UHGV virus genome: UHGV-1440165
Source of the DNA: a virus
DNA length: 64,000 bases
Direction: 5' to 3' (one strand)
Part shown: in pieces, positions 26,365 to 36,214 of the stretch
Layout of the letters: each line of letters starts with the position of its first letter
Position numbering within the stretch: the first letter of the stretch is position 1
Translations under genes and position numbers: made by a program
The notes under the pieces: model-generated
What the model was told of the DNA's origin: nothing
The model's database searches: none
The model's input: the letters and a program-made list of their open reading frames with translations, nothing else

Positions 26365-27558
26365 TCATAACTTCCTCAATTTGGCTCGGGTGACCTGAGT
26401 TTGTTTAACACCGTTGTACTCGGTCAGTTCTTTGACACGACCTCTGATGATCATATCGCCCTGTAAGAACTCAGTATCCATATAAGAGGTCTTCCAGGTA
26501 ATTGTATTGCCTTCTGCTGTTTTGAAAGTAAACAGGTAGCTGTCACCGTATTCATTGGAGAAGAGGAAGGTGCGCTTGTCGAACCTGACTTGCACTTCCA
26601 GCATCTCCCCGACTTCGCCCACCCATTTGTTCTCTGTCTTGCGGTCGGCGCGAGGGCGATGGATGTAATCGTAATACTTCTTGGCACCCCAGCGGACTGT
26701 GTTATCGTCCTTGATCAGGTGGTAGCCCGGTTCGCACATGCGTTTCAGGCGAACGTTGAACTCGTTGGATTCAGACAGCGCTGCGATGAAGAGCTTCATG
26801 TGGTACATTTCTGACTCGGCATCTTCACGATATTCACGAGCCTTGATCAGAAAAATCTCGGCGTCAGAACCAGCCTTTGGTCTCTGGCCAGCACGGAGGT
26901 AGCCCAGAACCTCACCAAACAGATCTGATTTGATGTCCACGCCAGCCAGCAGCACCTGGAAGCATGCGCGCAGGTAACTGTGGGTGTCGGTGAAGCGTTC
27001 GTTCTGGACGCGATAGATCCCATCCGGGTCGTCTTCATCCGGCATGAAGAACTCGGTGATACCCAGATAGTAAGACATAATCGCGTCAAGAGACTTCTGA
27101 TGTGGTACGTAATGATGCATACAGGTACTGCCGATCAGCATCTGGGTGTGGCTCTGCTCATTCTCGATCACATATGTGTTCTTGCGACGGATGAGCAGAT
27201 TACAGTGCTGACACCAAGAGACGTTCTCTCCCTCGAAGCGACGGATGAAGTCGGCATTGATGTTGTCGGACAGTTTGTTCAGGATGACCTTTGGGTACTC
27301 GTGATTGAACTGCCCAATGATCTTCCAGCCACCATAAGAAACCGGGCGGTCGATACCTTCGCCTTCGAGGGTGACGGGTTTCCACCAATGAGTAAGGATC
27401 TCACCAGTGAAGTCACGGGTATGGGTTTTGAAGGGTTCACCATAAGTCACAGTCGGGAACGGGATACCCAATCTTTCGGCAGTGCGCTCGAGCTTCTTCA
27501 GTCGCTCAACCACCAGTTCTTCATTGTCGATCGGAATGTTGAATGTCTTGGCGTCCAT
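26365..27558 (-). CDS. Hypothetical protein with Cys/His cluster and OB-fold-like C-terminus
   Basis: 397 aa; WCQHCN...STCMHH cluster; C-terminal beta-rich segment ends RGRVKELTEYNGVKQTQVTRAKL. Confidence 0.5.
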   Translation of the reverse strand: MDAKTFNIPIDNEELVVERLKKLERTAERLGIPFPTVTYGEPFKTHTRDFTGEILTHWWKPVTLEGEGIDRPVSYGGWKIIGQFNHEYPKVILNKLSDNINADFIRRFEGENVSWCQHCNLLIRRKNTYVIENEQSHTQMLIGSTCMHHYVPHQKSLDAIMSYYLGITEFFMPDEDDPDGIYRVQNERFTDTHSYLRACFQVLLAGVDIKSDLFGEVLGYLRAGQRPKAGSDAEIFLIKAREYREDAESEMYHMKLFIAALSESNEFNVRLKRMCEPGYHLIKDDNTVRWGAKKYYDYIHRPRADRKTENKWVGEVGEMLEVQVRFDKRTFLFSNEYGDSYLFTFKTAEGNTITWKTSYMDTEFLQGDMIIRGRVKELTEYNGVKQTQVTRAKLRKL

Positions 27559-27647
27559 GTTTGAGCCTCATGATTTAGTAACAACTCTTCAATAGAGATT
27601 AAATAATAAGCGCTTTATTCTTGAAAGTAAAGTTATTGAAATTAAAA

Positions 27648-27668
27648 AGCCCAGTACTTGACTGGGCT
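27648..27668 (-). terminator. Rho-independent terminator (minus strand)
   Basis: agcccagt-acttg-actgggct hairpin; T run on the minus strand. Confidence 0.55.
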
Positions 27669-27686
27669 TCTTGGTGTTCAATCGGC

Positions 27687-28007
27687 TTATTCTTCAGCCG
27701 AATCAACGTTCGGGTCACGATCCGGCTTGGCGTTCGGGAACAGGGATTCGTACAGATCCTGATACTTCTCGCTCGTTTCGATCGTTTTCTGGTAGGTGCC
27801 ATTGGCACGGTCAGATACAACCTTACGCAGGTCGCTCGCCTTGATGCCCGTTTCCTTCGCCAGCTCGGCCAGGGTCTCAGTGATGAAGGTCTGTTCTGAC
27901 TTGATGCGGACTTGAGCAGCGCGGCAGTTTTCAATCGCACCCATCAGCTTGCGACGGGATTCAGGATCAGATGGCAGTGCATAAAAACCGATTTGTTCTA
28001 CAGACAT
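27687..28007 (-). CDS. Hypothetical protein
   Basis: 106-aa ORF with SD AAGAGGAA upstream. Confidence 0.45.
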   Translation of the reverse strand: MSVEQIGFYALPSDPESRRKLMGAIENCRAAQVRIKSEQTFITETLAELAKETGIKASDLRKVVSDRANGTYQKTIETSEKYQDLYESLFPNAKPDRDPNVDSAEE

Positions 28008-28023
28008 GTGTTATTCCTCTTGA

Positions 28024-28380
28024 TTAGGCTCTGGTGCCTTGTGGGATCAGATTAGCCCCACGACGGCGTAAAAAGAAGTTTACGATGGAGTGATACTGGA
28101 ACTTCGGGATGATCTCAACACCGTCTTCCGTCGTATACCATTCCACTGTGTTGGTGCGCACTGGAAGGGGGAATGAAGGCAAGTCCAGCTGTACGAGTTC
28201 ACCCTCTTGGCAGATCATGCCAATACCATATTCCTCCCAGATTTTACGATTGTCAAAGAACTCCAGAGTCTGCTCTGGGCTCAGTTCAATCGTTTGTTCG
28301 GTGTGGCACACCTGTTTGGCGGCCTGCACCAGGCCAGCCATAAAATCATTGTGTAACATGATGTGCTCCTGGTTTAACAT
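28024..28380 (-). CDS. Hypothetical protein
   Basis: 118-aa ORF. Confidence 0.45.
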   Translation of the reverse strand: MLNQEHIMLHNDFMAGLVQAAKQVCHTEQTIELSPEQTLEFFDNRKIWEEYGIGMICQEGELVQLDLPSFPLPVRTNTVEWYTTEDGVEIIPKFQYHSIVNFFLRRRGANLIPQGTRA

Positions 28381-28424
28381 TCAGATCATAGAATTATACC
28401 CTATGACCTGCTTTATTGAATTAC

Positions 28425-29849
28425 CTAGAATTTCCAATTATTGACTGTTTGGGCTTTCTGCTCATCGCTGGCGATAGCCCCGGACTTGTTGAGGTCATGT
28501 TTGATGTGCACGTTCTCAACATACTTCGCCTCAGATTCAGTCAGGTCTTTCTTCACCTCGTTCCAGTCAAGATCAAACAGGATCTGCTTGTCCTGGTCCA
28601 TGCCGAACAGGAATGACTTGAGCTTTTGCTTGTTGGCATAACGGTTCTTAAGGATTGATGCTCGGGCTTTCTTAACAGCAGCCAGTTCATCCGGAGCATA
28701 GAATGCCATGATGAAGTCGGCCACCTTAGGGATACCGATAGCATCTGCCAGGTCACTGATCCCACCATCCGTGCTATTCTGGTTCTCACGGTTGAACTGC
28801 ATACCAGTCCAAACAGGAACATCAAACTCGAAGCCCAGGGCGCGGAACTCACGAGCCACGGACGTGTAATAGACGTTCGTGTTCTGCATCAGATGAGCTG
28901 GCAGGCGCGAGGAAGCGGCTTCACCAAGGTAGTCGATAACGATGACATCAGGAGCACGGCCTGTTGCCTGGATGTACTCAAGGATGTCACGACGGAACAA
29001 CCCTGTATGACCTGTGCCGGACGGATACTCCTTGATGACAATATCACCCTTGGGTGCACCATCCTGCTTGTGACGGAGCTTCTCTATCGTGGCGATGTAC
29101 TCGTGTCTTGGGAGCTTCTCTAAGGACTCAAAGTCCCGGCGCATAATACGGGCATCAAGGCGGTGACGCCAGACGTTCTCGGCCACTTCCAGGGTGAATA
29201 CAAAGACGTTCAACCCCTGCTCCGAGTACCCTGCAGCCAGGTCAATCAGCGTTGTGGTCTTACCTGCGTTGATCGCACCTGTTACGATGTTCAGGGTCTT
29301 CTTACCAACGCCGCCACGGGTCGCCTTGTTGAAGATCTCAACCGCGAACGGGATCTTGGCTTCGTTGGAGTTCATGTGGTCATACTGCTCTGCCGCCATC
29401 TCCCAATAGATGTGGCCGAGGTATGAGTCGAACCGGATCGCCAGTGCTTCCTGCAACAAGGTCGGGATGTTGTTCATCTCATCCTTGCGCTTTTCGTCCC
29501 CATAGATGTTGACGGCGGTCTTGATCGCGTTGTGTACAGCCTTTTGCCGCGCCCAGGTCTCCGTTTCCTTCACCAACCACTCTTCATTGAAGGTGTTGTC
29601 GTTGATGTTCTCCAGGGCAGACACCGCCTGGTCAAACACATATTCGTTCAGCTTTGTCCGTTCAAGAATGATGGACAGCGCTTCGATAGACGGGCGGGCA
29701 TTGTACTCTGCGGCATAACTGTCAATCAGGCCAAAGATGACCTTTTCGCCTTCGTTGTCAAAATAATCGGCTTTCAGATACGGCAGGATCTTTCTTTGAT
29801 AATCTTCATTGTAAATCAACTGTGAAAGCACGACAGATTCGAGTAACAT
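28425..29849 (-). CDS. 41: Replicative DNA helicase (DnaB-like; T4 gp41)
   Basis: 474 aa; Walker A GAINAGKTT; N-terminus resembles gp41. Confidence 0.9.
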   Translation of the reverse strand: MLLESVVLSQLIYNEDYQRKILPYLKADYFDNEGEKVIFGLIDSYAAEYNARPSIEALSIILERTKLNEYVFDQAVSALENINDNTFNEEWLVKETETWARQKAVHNAIKTAVNIYGDEKRKDEMNNIPTLLQEALAIRFDSYLGHIYWEMAAEQYDHMNSNEAKIPFAVEIFNKATRGGVGKKTLNIVTGAINAGKTTTLIDLAAGYSEQGLNVFVFTLEVAENVWRHRLDARIMRRDFESLEKLPRHEYIATIEKLRHKQDGAPKGDIVIKEYPSGTGHTGLFRRDILEYIQATGRAPDVIVIDYLGEAASSRLPAHLMQNTNVYYTSVAREFRALGFEFDVPVWTGMQFNRENQNSTDGGISDLADAIGIPKVADFIMAFYAPDELAAVKKARASILKNRYANKQKLKSFLFGMDQDKQILFDLDWNEVKKDLTESEAKYVENVHIKHDLNKSGAIASDEQKAQTVNNWKF

Positions 29850-29889
29850 ATTGCGTTCCTAAATTATCTGGTTTGACAGAGACCAAACA

Positions 29890-30372
29890 CTAACCTTGAT
29901 AAAATTCTCCGAACAATTCTTTGTAGGCTTTGTCTGCCATTTCCTTTGCTTCTTCGAATTCATCGTAATGCCCAAACGACCTGTATTTCCCATCAACTCT
30001 GATTTGCACACACCATCTACCCTTGTATCGAAATACACCCCTCGCGCCTGTGGTGTTGTGGCTATACAAATCTGTGTTGACGGCGTTCTGGCTTTTATTG
30101 GATTCTCTAAGGTTCAACCAGCGGTTGTCGTCTCTTATACGATTTTTGTGGTCGACCAATTTCTTTGGCCATGAACCAGTTTTATAGAGAAATGCCAACC
30201 TGTGTTCTAAATGCTTCTTCTCGCCGATTCTTATAGCCCTGTATCCGTCAGGTTTTAAAGACCCAGCTCTTGTTCCGGCTTTGGCAGTACCACCACGATC
30301 CGTCAACCATGTAAACCACCCAGTGTCTTCGTCGTAATGCAGAATTTCTTTAAGAGACTGTTGTGTTAACAT
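29890..30372 (-). CDS. HNH homing endonuclease with AP2-like DNA-binding domain
   Basis: YDEDTGWFTW N-terminal motif, HKNRIRDDNRWLNL HNH core, AP2-like GVFRYKGRWCVQIRVDGKYRSFGHYDEFEEA. Confidence 0.7.
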   Translation of the reverse strand: MLTQQSLKEILHYDEDTGWFTWLTDRGGTAKAGTRAGSLKPDGYRAIRIGEKKHLEHRLAFLYKTGSWPKKLVDHKNRIRDDNRWLNLRESNKSQNAVNTDLYSHNTTGARGVFRYKGRWCVQIRVDGKYRSFGHYDEFEEAKEMADKAYKELFGEFYQG

Positions 30373-30384
30373 AGGACTCCTCGG

Positions 30385-30714
30385 TCATCCCACCAAAAAT
30401 TTATTGTATTCCTGAGCATTACGCTGCATGAGGTCTACAAGGATATCCCCTGTCACCTCAGTGAACAAGTCATTTTCTTTCAAATTCACAAACACCAGAC
30501 GCAATGGTTTCTTCAATATATCGGTCACGAAAGACAGGCGGGGTTCGCCGTCCACTTCGTTGATGGCCACCTTGCCGAACCGGAATTGAACGCCACGGAA
30601 TTTGCCAGAAGTGATCTTGACGATCGCCAGCTGATCAGCACCAGGGTCGATGATTGCGTAGTTATTGGGGGAGTTGCCTCCCCCTCCGTTGTCACTCGGT
30701 TGTTTTGATAACAT
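30385..30714 (-). CDS. Hypothetical protein
   Basis: 109-aa ORF, Gly-rich N-terminus; overlaps the uvsX start. Confidence 0.4.
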   Translation of the reverse strand: MLSKQPSDNGGGGNSPNNYAIIDPGADQLAIVKITSGKFRGVQFRFGKVAINEVDGEPRLSFVTDILKKPLRLVFVNLKENDLFTEVTGDILVDLMQRNAQEYNKFLVG

Positions 30715-31783
30715 CGTCGAATTTCTCCAACATGTCAGCTGGCATCACCGGACCAGTGGAAATACCGTACATGGAGTGAATGTCGTCGCAGAATTGTGGG
30801 TTCTCGAGCAGAGGATACCAGAAGTCATCACCCAGCTGGGATTTACGCAGCTTGGTTTCCTTCTCTTGATTGAAACCACCTTTGGCAGTGCGCTGATACC
30901 AAGAACCGCTCACCAACTCAACATAACCGAGGGCACGGGCGATCTCAAGTAAACCTGACCACTTGTCAATACCGCCCTCATACAGCACGGTTACAGGGAA
31001 CTTGGCTTTCTCTTTGACATGACGACCTTTCATGATGTTGATCACGAACTGCCAACCACGGATCTCTTTGTCGCCATCTTCTTTAACCTGGCGACGAGTG
31101 ATGAACCAGATCAGATCGCAAGACAAGAAGCCCTGTTTGCCGCCCTTCAGATTAGGCTCGGCATATTCATTACCGATCTCATCATAGTAGGAGTTGATCC
31201 AAACCATGAGCAGGTTCTTCATGTTAAGCTGGACTGTAACAGTACGCCAAAAGCTGTTGAGGGCGCGGGCGCGGGTCATATCCTGCTTGTCTTCGCCTTT
31301 TATCGCATCGTTAACTTCCTTGGTGGAAGGTAACTGGCTGATGGAGTCGATGAAGAAGATAATGTGCTCACCACGCTGAGCATCATTCAACATCTGCATG
31401 AATACGATCTGCATGTTCTCCACCGATACAATCGGCACGTGAACAACACGGTTCATGTCAATGCCTATGGCATCCCAATACTTCTGATTGGCACCGAACT
31501 CAGAATCACCAAACACGCAAATCGCGTCTTCGTGCTTGTCTAGATATGCCTTCACGTCCACCAGACCGAACATGGTCTTAAATGTACGAGAATCCCCAAC
31601 CAGCTGCTTAGAACCCGAGTGGATACCACCATCAGGGCGGCCTGTCCAAGCAATGTTTAGCAGAGGGATACCAGTGGATGCAATTACTTGTTTGTCCAGC
31701 AGCGTTGTCTTGCTCAGAACTTCCGCTTCAGGGGAATGTTTCTTCGCAGTCTTCAGCATGCGTTCCATTAATGAACTGGCCAT
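30692..31783 (-). CDS. uvsX: RecA-like recombinase UvsX
   Basis: 363 aa; PLLNIAWTGRPDGG...GSKQLVGDSRTFKT...FIDSISQLPSTKE matches T4 UvsX. Confidence 0.9.
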   Translation of the reverse strand: MASSLMERMLKTAKKHSPEAEVLSKTTLLDKQVIASTGIPLLNIAWTGRPDGGIHSGSKQLVGDSRTFKTMFGLVDVKAYLDKHEDAICVFGDSEFGANQKYWDAIGIDMNRVVHVPIVSVENMQIVFMQMLNDAQRGEHIIFFIDSISQLPSTKEVNDAIKGEDKQDMTRARALNSFWRTVTVQLNMKNLLMVWINSYYDEIGNEYAEPNLKGGKQGFLSCDLIWFITRRQVKEDGDKEIRGWQFVINIMKGRHVKEKAKFPVTVLYEGGIDKWSGLLEIARALGYVELVSGSWYQRTAKGGFNQEKETKLRKSQLGDDFWYPLLENPQFCDDIHSMYGISTGPVMPADMLEKFDDVIKTTE

Positions 31784-32310
31784 TTCACTTCCTCTTTATT
31801 GTTGATCGTCGTTAATAATTCTACACCCATAACCTTCTGGGACAAAATGTTGACCGCCTCTTGGATACTCTTCAGAGACATCATCTCAACAGGCGACGCC
31901 GCATCATTATGTCGGTCGGTTAGGTACATATTGCGCAGATTGTTGTAGTTCGTGCGGTTGATGCACGCAGCGTTCAGCGCAATATTCAGGATATACATCA
32001 TCTGTTCAATGGTTACATCCTTCGGCATGGCGTGGATGTAATAGATCGAGCCTTCGAAGTAGACGTCCACCAGTTCATCTGGTATCTCGACGCCACCACT
32101 GGCATACTCTTCGATCATCCTGAACAGAGACTCTGGTTGCTCGCTGGCGATCTTATGCGTAACAGTCGCCGAAAGACCGTCGCCCGGTTTAACAGGCCTG
32201 GTGTATTCAGTGAGGAATACATTATGGCCGCTGCCGATGATGTGCTCGGCGAATTTGGAGGACGCCTCAGCAGCGTTCTCCGCATGGTAAGAAACGACGA
32301 CTGTAAACAT
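31768..32310 (-). CDS. Hypothetical protein
   Basis: 180-aa ORF coupled to uvsX. Confidence 0.45.
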   Translation of the reverse strand: MFTVVVSYHAENAAEASSKFAEHIIGSGHNVFLTEYTRPVKPGDGLSATVTHKIASEQPESLFRMIEEYASGGVEIPDELVDVYFEGSIYYIHAMPKDVTIEQMMYILNIALNAACINRTNYNNLRNMYLTDRHNDAASPVEMMSLKSIQEAVNILSQKVMGVELLTTINNKEEVKWPVH

Positions 32311-32852
32311 TAGAACTCCAGGGTCAGAGGGGTTTCTGCGGACTTGTCGTAATCCGCGCCGCCAGCAGCGCGCAGACGATTGCGATCGTTCTTGCGTTTG
32401 TGTGCCAGCATGTACGTCTCAATGTCGATCTCCATATAAGAACACGCAGCGTTCAGGAAGAACATGAGAGTCTCAACGCAAGGATCGTTCATGAACTGCC
32501 CAAGGCGGTATGTAACATCGCGATGCCCGGCAACGTATGGTTTGAATCCTTCAATTAGGATTTCAAATTCTTCTTCGATCTCGCCTTTGGTCCGATCCAA
32601 TAGCACGAAGCACAGCATGAAGTGAACCACGTCCACCAGTTCATAAACTGCGTTCGCATGATGAAACCCGATGTCATTGCCATAGACCTTCCAGTCACGG
32701 GTAGTTTCGTCAAGGAACTCTGCCCACTCACGATAGATGGAGTTGATGACTGCGTTCTGACTCCATACGTTCTTCCACTCTTCCCCAAAGTAGGCCACGT
32801 TGGTGGCCTTTTGGAGTTCGAGCAGGCTTTTGATATGCCCTGCTGTGATCAT
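32310..32852 (-). CDS. MazG-like all-alpha NTP pyrophosphatase (gp56 dCTPase-like candidate)
   Basis: Acidic helix motifs EWAEFLDE ... ELVDVVHF; position next to the dNMP-kinase-like and TS-family genes. Confidence 0.4.
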   Translation of the reverse strand: MITAGHIKSLLELQKATNVAYFGEEWKNVWSQNAVINSIYREWAEFLDETTRDWKVYGNDIGFHHANAVYELVDVVHFMLCFVLLDRTKGEIEEEFEILIEGFKPYVAGHRDVTYRLGQFMNDPCVETLMFFLNAACSYMEIDIETYMLAHKRKNDRNRLRAAGGADYDKSAETPLTLEF

Positions 32853-33418
32853 TTACGTTCTCCGTAGAATTTAACGAACGGTGCCCAACCATCAAATGGA
32901 TTGAGGAATTCGTAGTCCACTTTCATCTGGTCAATGAAAGCCTCTATATCGTCCTCTATGATACCAGCGCGGTCGGCCTTTGAAATGCGGGTGATAGGGC
33001 ATTTCGTACTCAGCGCCCATTCATATTCCTGAGGGGTGCGCAGATCGCTCACGATATAATGGACGTCAGGGTTCTGCTCTACCAGAGGAAGCTGGAAGCG
33101 CTTGAAGAATGCCAGGAACAGATCAGGCTGTACGTAACGCAAGCCCGTATCGCTGCCTAGATGAAGCCAGATCTGCCGTGGGGTTAAGCCCTTGGGGTTA
33201 TCAGGGTGGACGTAAGGAACGTCCTTCACGGCATCCTCCACCTCCGCTGGAAGCCATGGATAGATGAAGTTGGCAACCCGGCGCAGTTCGTCTGAGAACG
33301 AAAGGCGCTGGATATCCATATCGCCCTGTAGATGGTGATAGCTGATGAGGGACTCCAAACAGAAGTCCTTACCGGAGCGCTTGCGCCCCGTAAAGAATTC
33401 AAGGTTAGGATACATCAT
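32849..33418 (-). CDS. Deoxynucleoside monophosphate kinase-like P-loop protein (T4 gp1-like)
   Basis: P-loop GRKRSGKD resembles T4 gp1 GVKRSGKD. Confidence 0.5.
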   Translation of the reverse strand: MMYPNLEFFTGRKRSGKDFCLESLISYHHLQGDMDIQRLSFSDELRRVANFIYPWLPAEVEDAVKDVPYVHPDNPKGLTPRQIWLHLGSDTGLRYVQPDLFLAFFKRFQLPLVEQNPDVHYIVSDLRTPQEYEWALSTKCPITRISKADRAGIIEDDIEAFIDQMKVDYEFLNPFDGWAPFVKFYGERK

Positions 33419-34464
33419 TCTTTATCACCCAGGAACTTAGGATCAACAATCTTGCGGTCAACCGGGGAATGGGTGAGCGCGACGTTCAGGGACTGGTCAC
33501 TGACGTTATCCAGATTGATGAGCTTACCACTCAGCTTGCACCACAGGCAGTATGCCATATCCAGAATTAACCCGGCATCGGCTCCGTGTTCGTGTAGAGT
33601 TTTCATAACGTCTAACCATGATGAACCTTTGGAAATCACTTCAACGATATCGGCGAACATGACTCGGATACGTGTTTGATTCCCAGGGACACCAAACAAA
33701 ATAGGGGAGAAGTAAGAACCCGTGTGGAATACACTGGTGGCAGGAGTAATTTTACCCAGCTGCTTCTGGCTGACTTCATTGTTGTAATAATGAAGGTTGT
33801 TAGAGAAGAGGCGGTACAGCCCAACTTCCACATTCAGCACCCTAGCGACGATCTCTTGGAGGATGGAGAATTCAATGAAATTGATTGAACTCATGCCCCA
33901 CAGAACATCCTGAGATCGGTTGATGACTGTTAGGTTCAGGCGACCATCCACGATAGAGAACAAAAGGGCTAGGTTACACACCATATCCTTGGTCTTTGGT
34001 TCCCCGCTTTCGTTGGACCAGATCAGACCAGAGTCCGAGTCAAGAGCAGGGTCATAGATGGTGAGGTATGCTTGGCGACTGTTTGGATTTTCTTTCAAGC
34101 GGCGAATCACACTGTCAATCTGACCATAGGCGTACAGGCGCGGTCCATAAGCAGCTCGCCATGTAGTGCCGTTATCAGAGAAGTTGACAGCGCGAGGTAA
34201 TACACGGGAAAGGAACTCAACGTCATTGCGCCCAGCAAGCACCCAGAAAGTCTCACCAATGGCAGCAACAGCAGAAGAGTTGCGCCCTTCCACGGATAAC
34301 CAACGGTCGCGTGGGTTCTGCACGGTGATCGTCACACCGTCAAGGAAGCGGGTGCCGTCAGTGTTGATCTCCGCGTTACCAGGATCAGATTCAATCCCGT
34401 GCTCACGGATAGCCAAGACAGCCTGTTTCAGCATGTCATTGTTGTTTATTGCTTTGATTTCCAT
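33415..34464 (-). CDS. Thymidylate synthase family enzyme (ThyA / pyrimidine hydroxymethylase) with C-terminal extension
   Basis: TS-fold motifs: ETFWVLAGRND, candidate nucleophile in MVCNL, RSQDVLWGMSSIN aligns to TS RSCDVFLGLPFN with Asn at the specificity position; 349 aa. Confidence 0.7.
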   Translation of the reverse strand: MEIKAINNNDMLKQAVLAIREHGIESDPGNAEINTDGTRFLDGVTITVQNPRDRWLSVEGRNSSAVAAIGETFWVLAGRNDVEFLSRVLPRAVNFSDNGTTWRAAYGPRLYAYGQIDSVIRRLKENPNSRQAYLTIYDPALDSDSGLIWSNESGEPKTKDMVCNLALLFSIVDGRLNLTVINRSQDVLWGMSSINFIEFSILQEIVARVLNVEVGLYRLFSNNLHYYNNEVSQKQLGKITPATSVFHTGSYFSPILFGVPGNQTRIRVMFADIVEVISKGSSWLDVMKTLHEHGADAGLILDMAYCLWCKLSGKLINLDNVSDQSLNVALTHSPVDRKIVDPKFLGDKE

Positions 34465-35126
34465 TAATCGATACTCCCAAAATCACGACAGAGGAATGCC
34501 ATCACAGCCTGGTCTACTGTTAGACCGTGAGACTTCATCATACCTGCAGCCACCGTAGGGAACAAGCCCTTATGGCGCTGGCGGTGGTCTTGAACGCGCT
34601 CCCACTTCTCGACCACCAGGCTTTCATTGAAGTCCGCGCCGCCGTTGCGTGATTTAACACGGGCGATGCAGGTTTCAAGAGGCGTGTCCATGAAGAGCAC
34701 AACCAGTTCGCGCGGTGGGCGCGTCAGGCGAGGGATCCAGGAACTCAGCAGAGTTGAAGGAATGATGCCTTCGAAGATCACATCGTATCCCAGATACTCT
34801 GGCTGATCAGCGATGCTCAGGGCGAAGAGCATTTGTTCAGTATCCTTCAGGGAATCAACTCCCTTGGACTTCGACTTGTCATATTTGCCGATGCAGACCA
34901 CATTGAAAGAAGGGCAGACGGTCAGCATAATCTTTCCGTTGTGGGTCACGACATATGCCTGAGGATCCCTCTCCGCCAGCTGGGAAGGCACGGTAGATTT
35001 ACCGCTACCATTCGAGCCTTTGACGTAATAGAGTTGCCCTCGTGCTGGGTATATGCCCTTGACGACAGGCGGCTTAAAGAATGTGTGGACGGGGCGCTTC
35101 AACAGCCCCTTCAGGGAATAGGACAT
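34464..35126 (-). CDS. P-loop kinase (nucleotide or polynucleotide kinase-like)
   Basis: Walker A GSNGSGKST; ATG 35126 with GGAG SD; ORF-track start is a TTG extension. Confidence 0.5.
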   Translation of the reverse strand: MSYSLKGLLKRPVHTFFKPPVVKGIYPARGQLYYVKGSNGSGKSTVPSQLAERDPQAYVVTHNGKIMLTVCPSFNVVCIGKYDKSKSKGVDSLKDTEQMLFALSIADQPEYLGYDVIFEGIIPSTLLSSWIPRLTRPPRELVVLFMDTPLETCIARVKSRNGGADFNESLVVEKWERVQDHRQRHKGLFPTVAAGMMKSHGLTVDQAVMAFLCRDFGSID

Positions 35127-35201
35127 AGACTGCTCCAATAAACAAAAGGAGCTGCTATTATAGCAGCCCCTTCATCTATTGAACAGCTTCTGAACTTAAA
35201 T

Positions 35202-36116
35202 TTAAGCAGCAGCTTTCGCTTCGGCCAGCGCCTGTGGCAGCCATTCATTGATCGCCTTAACCAGAGACTCAGCATCGGTCTCTTTGATTTTCTGGCGCTT
35301 GGTGAAGGACTTGCCGTTCACGTACAGGCTGAAGCCCCAGCCGCCGGAAACGATAGGCGCGACATCAACGTATGTGTTGGTGCGGGCATGCAGGTTATCC
35401 GGGTTGGCCAGTTCGGTGACCGGGAACTGGAACCAGCGCATGTCTGGGTTCACGTAGCTCAGGAAGACGCCTGGGACAACGCCTGCTTCAATAGCAGCCA
35501 GAATCGGACCGTGGGTAGATGCGCGAGCCGCTTCAACCATTTCTTCACGTTTGGTGTGGCGACGTTTACGCTCTTCAAGAGCGGCCTGCGGAGTGAGGGT
35601 CTTACCCTTCGCCGCTTCTTTCAGCATTGAGGAAGCCAGGGAACCCACTTTGGCGTCGGACGGTTGATCACCTTCAGCCAGAGCAGCATTCACCGCATCT
35701 TTGACGGCATCGGTTGGTTCCGCCGGATCAGCTGGCTCCTGTGCCGCGCCGTCAACGGTTTCAGCCGCTTCTTCACCACCTTCACTACCTGCCACGCCGC
35801 CAGCGTCGGCATTGGTGTTGTCGGCAGATACCGGGACGTCTTTGGTCACGTCTTCGGCGTCTTTCAGGGCTTGCTCGGAATCAGCCTGCTCTTTAGCACG
35901 AGCCAGCGCTTCGGCTTGCTCTTCCTGCTCTTCTTCGCTCAGGCTGGCGATAACTTCGAAGCCGTTGGCGGACTGAAGAACACCTTCCACCATACGGCGC
36001 AGGGTGACGTTGCCGATGATCAGGCCAGCTTCTTTGATTTCAGCCTGGATGGCAGAGACGTCTTTACCTTCAAGATCAAATTTAGAACCAGATTCTACAT
36101 GAAGAATATATGACAT
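35202..36116 (-). CDS. Hypothetical protein with long acidic low-complexity linker
   Basis: ATG 36116 (MSYILHVESG...) with AAAGGG SD; Glu/Asp/Ala-rich central region; upstream part of the ORF-track N-terminus lies upstream of a predicted promoter. Confidence 0.45.
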   Translation of the reverse strand: MSYILHVESGSKFDLEGKDVSAIQAEIKEAGLIIGNVTLRRMVEGVLQSANGFEVIASLSEEEQEEQAEALARAKEQADSEQALKDAEDVTKDVPVSADNTNADAGGVAGSEGGEEAAETVDGAAQEPADPAEPTDAVKDAVNAALAEGDQPSDAKVGSLASSMLKEAAKGKTLTPQAALEERKRRHTKREEMVEAARASTHGPILAAIEAGVVPGVFLSYVNPDMRWFQFPVTELANPDNLHARTNTYVDVAPIVSGGWGFSLYVNGKSFTKRQKIKETDAESLVKAINEWLPQALAEAKAAA

Positions 36117-36186
36117 AATAAAAACCCTTTCGTTATTAAGACCGTCTTCGCGGCATATTGCTGTTCTGACTGTGTAGTGAGAACAT

Positions 36187-36214
36187 AATATACTGCATTT
36201 TTCATAGATGTAAA
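36187..36214 (-). promoter_or_regulatory. Sigma70-like promoter candidate (minus strand)
   Basis: TTTACA-N16-TATATT read on the minus strand, upstream of the 36116 start. Confidence 0.3.
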
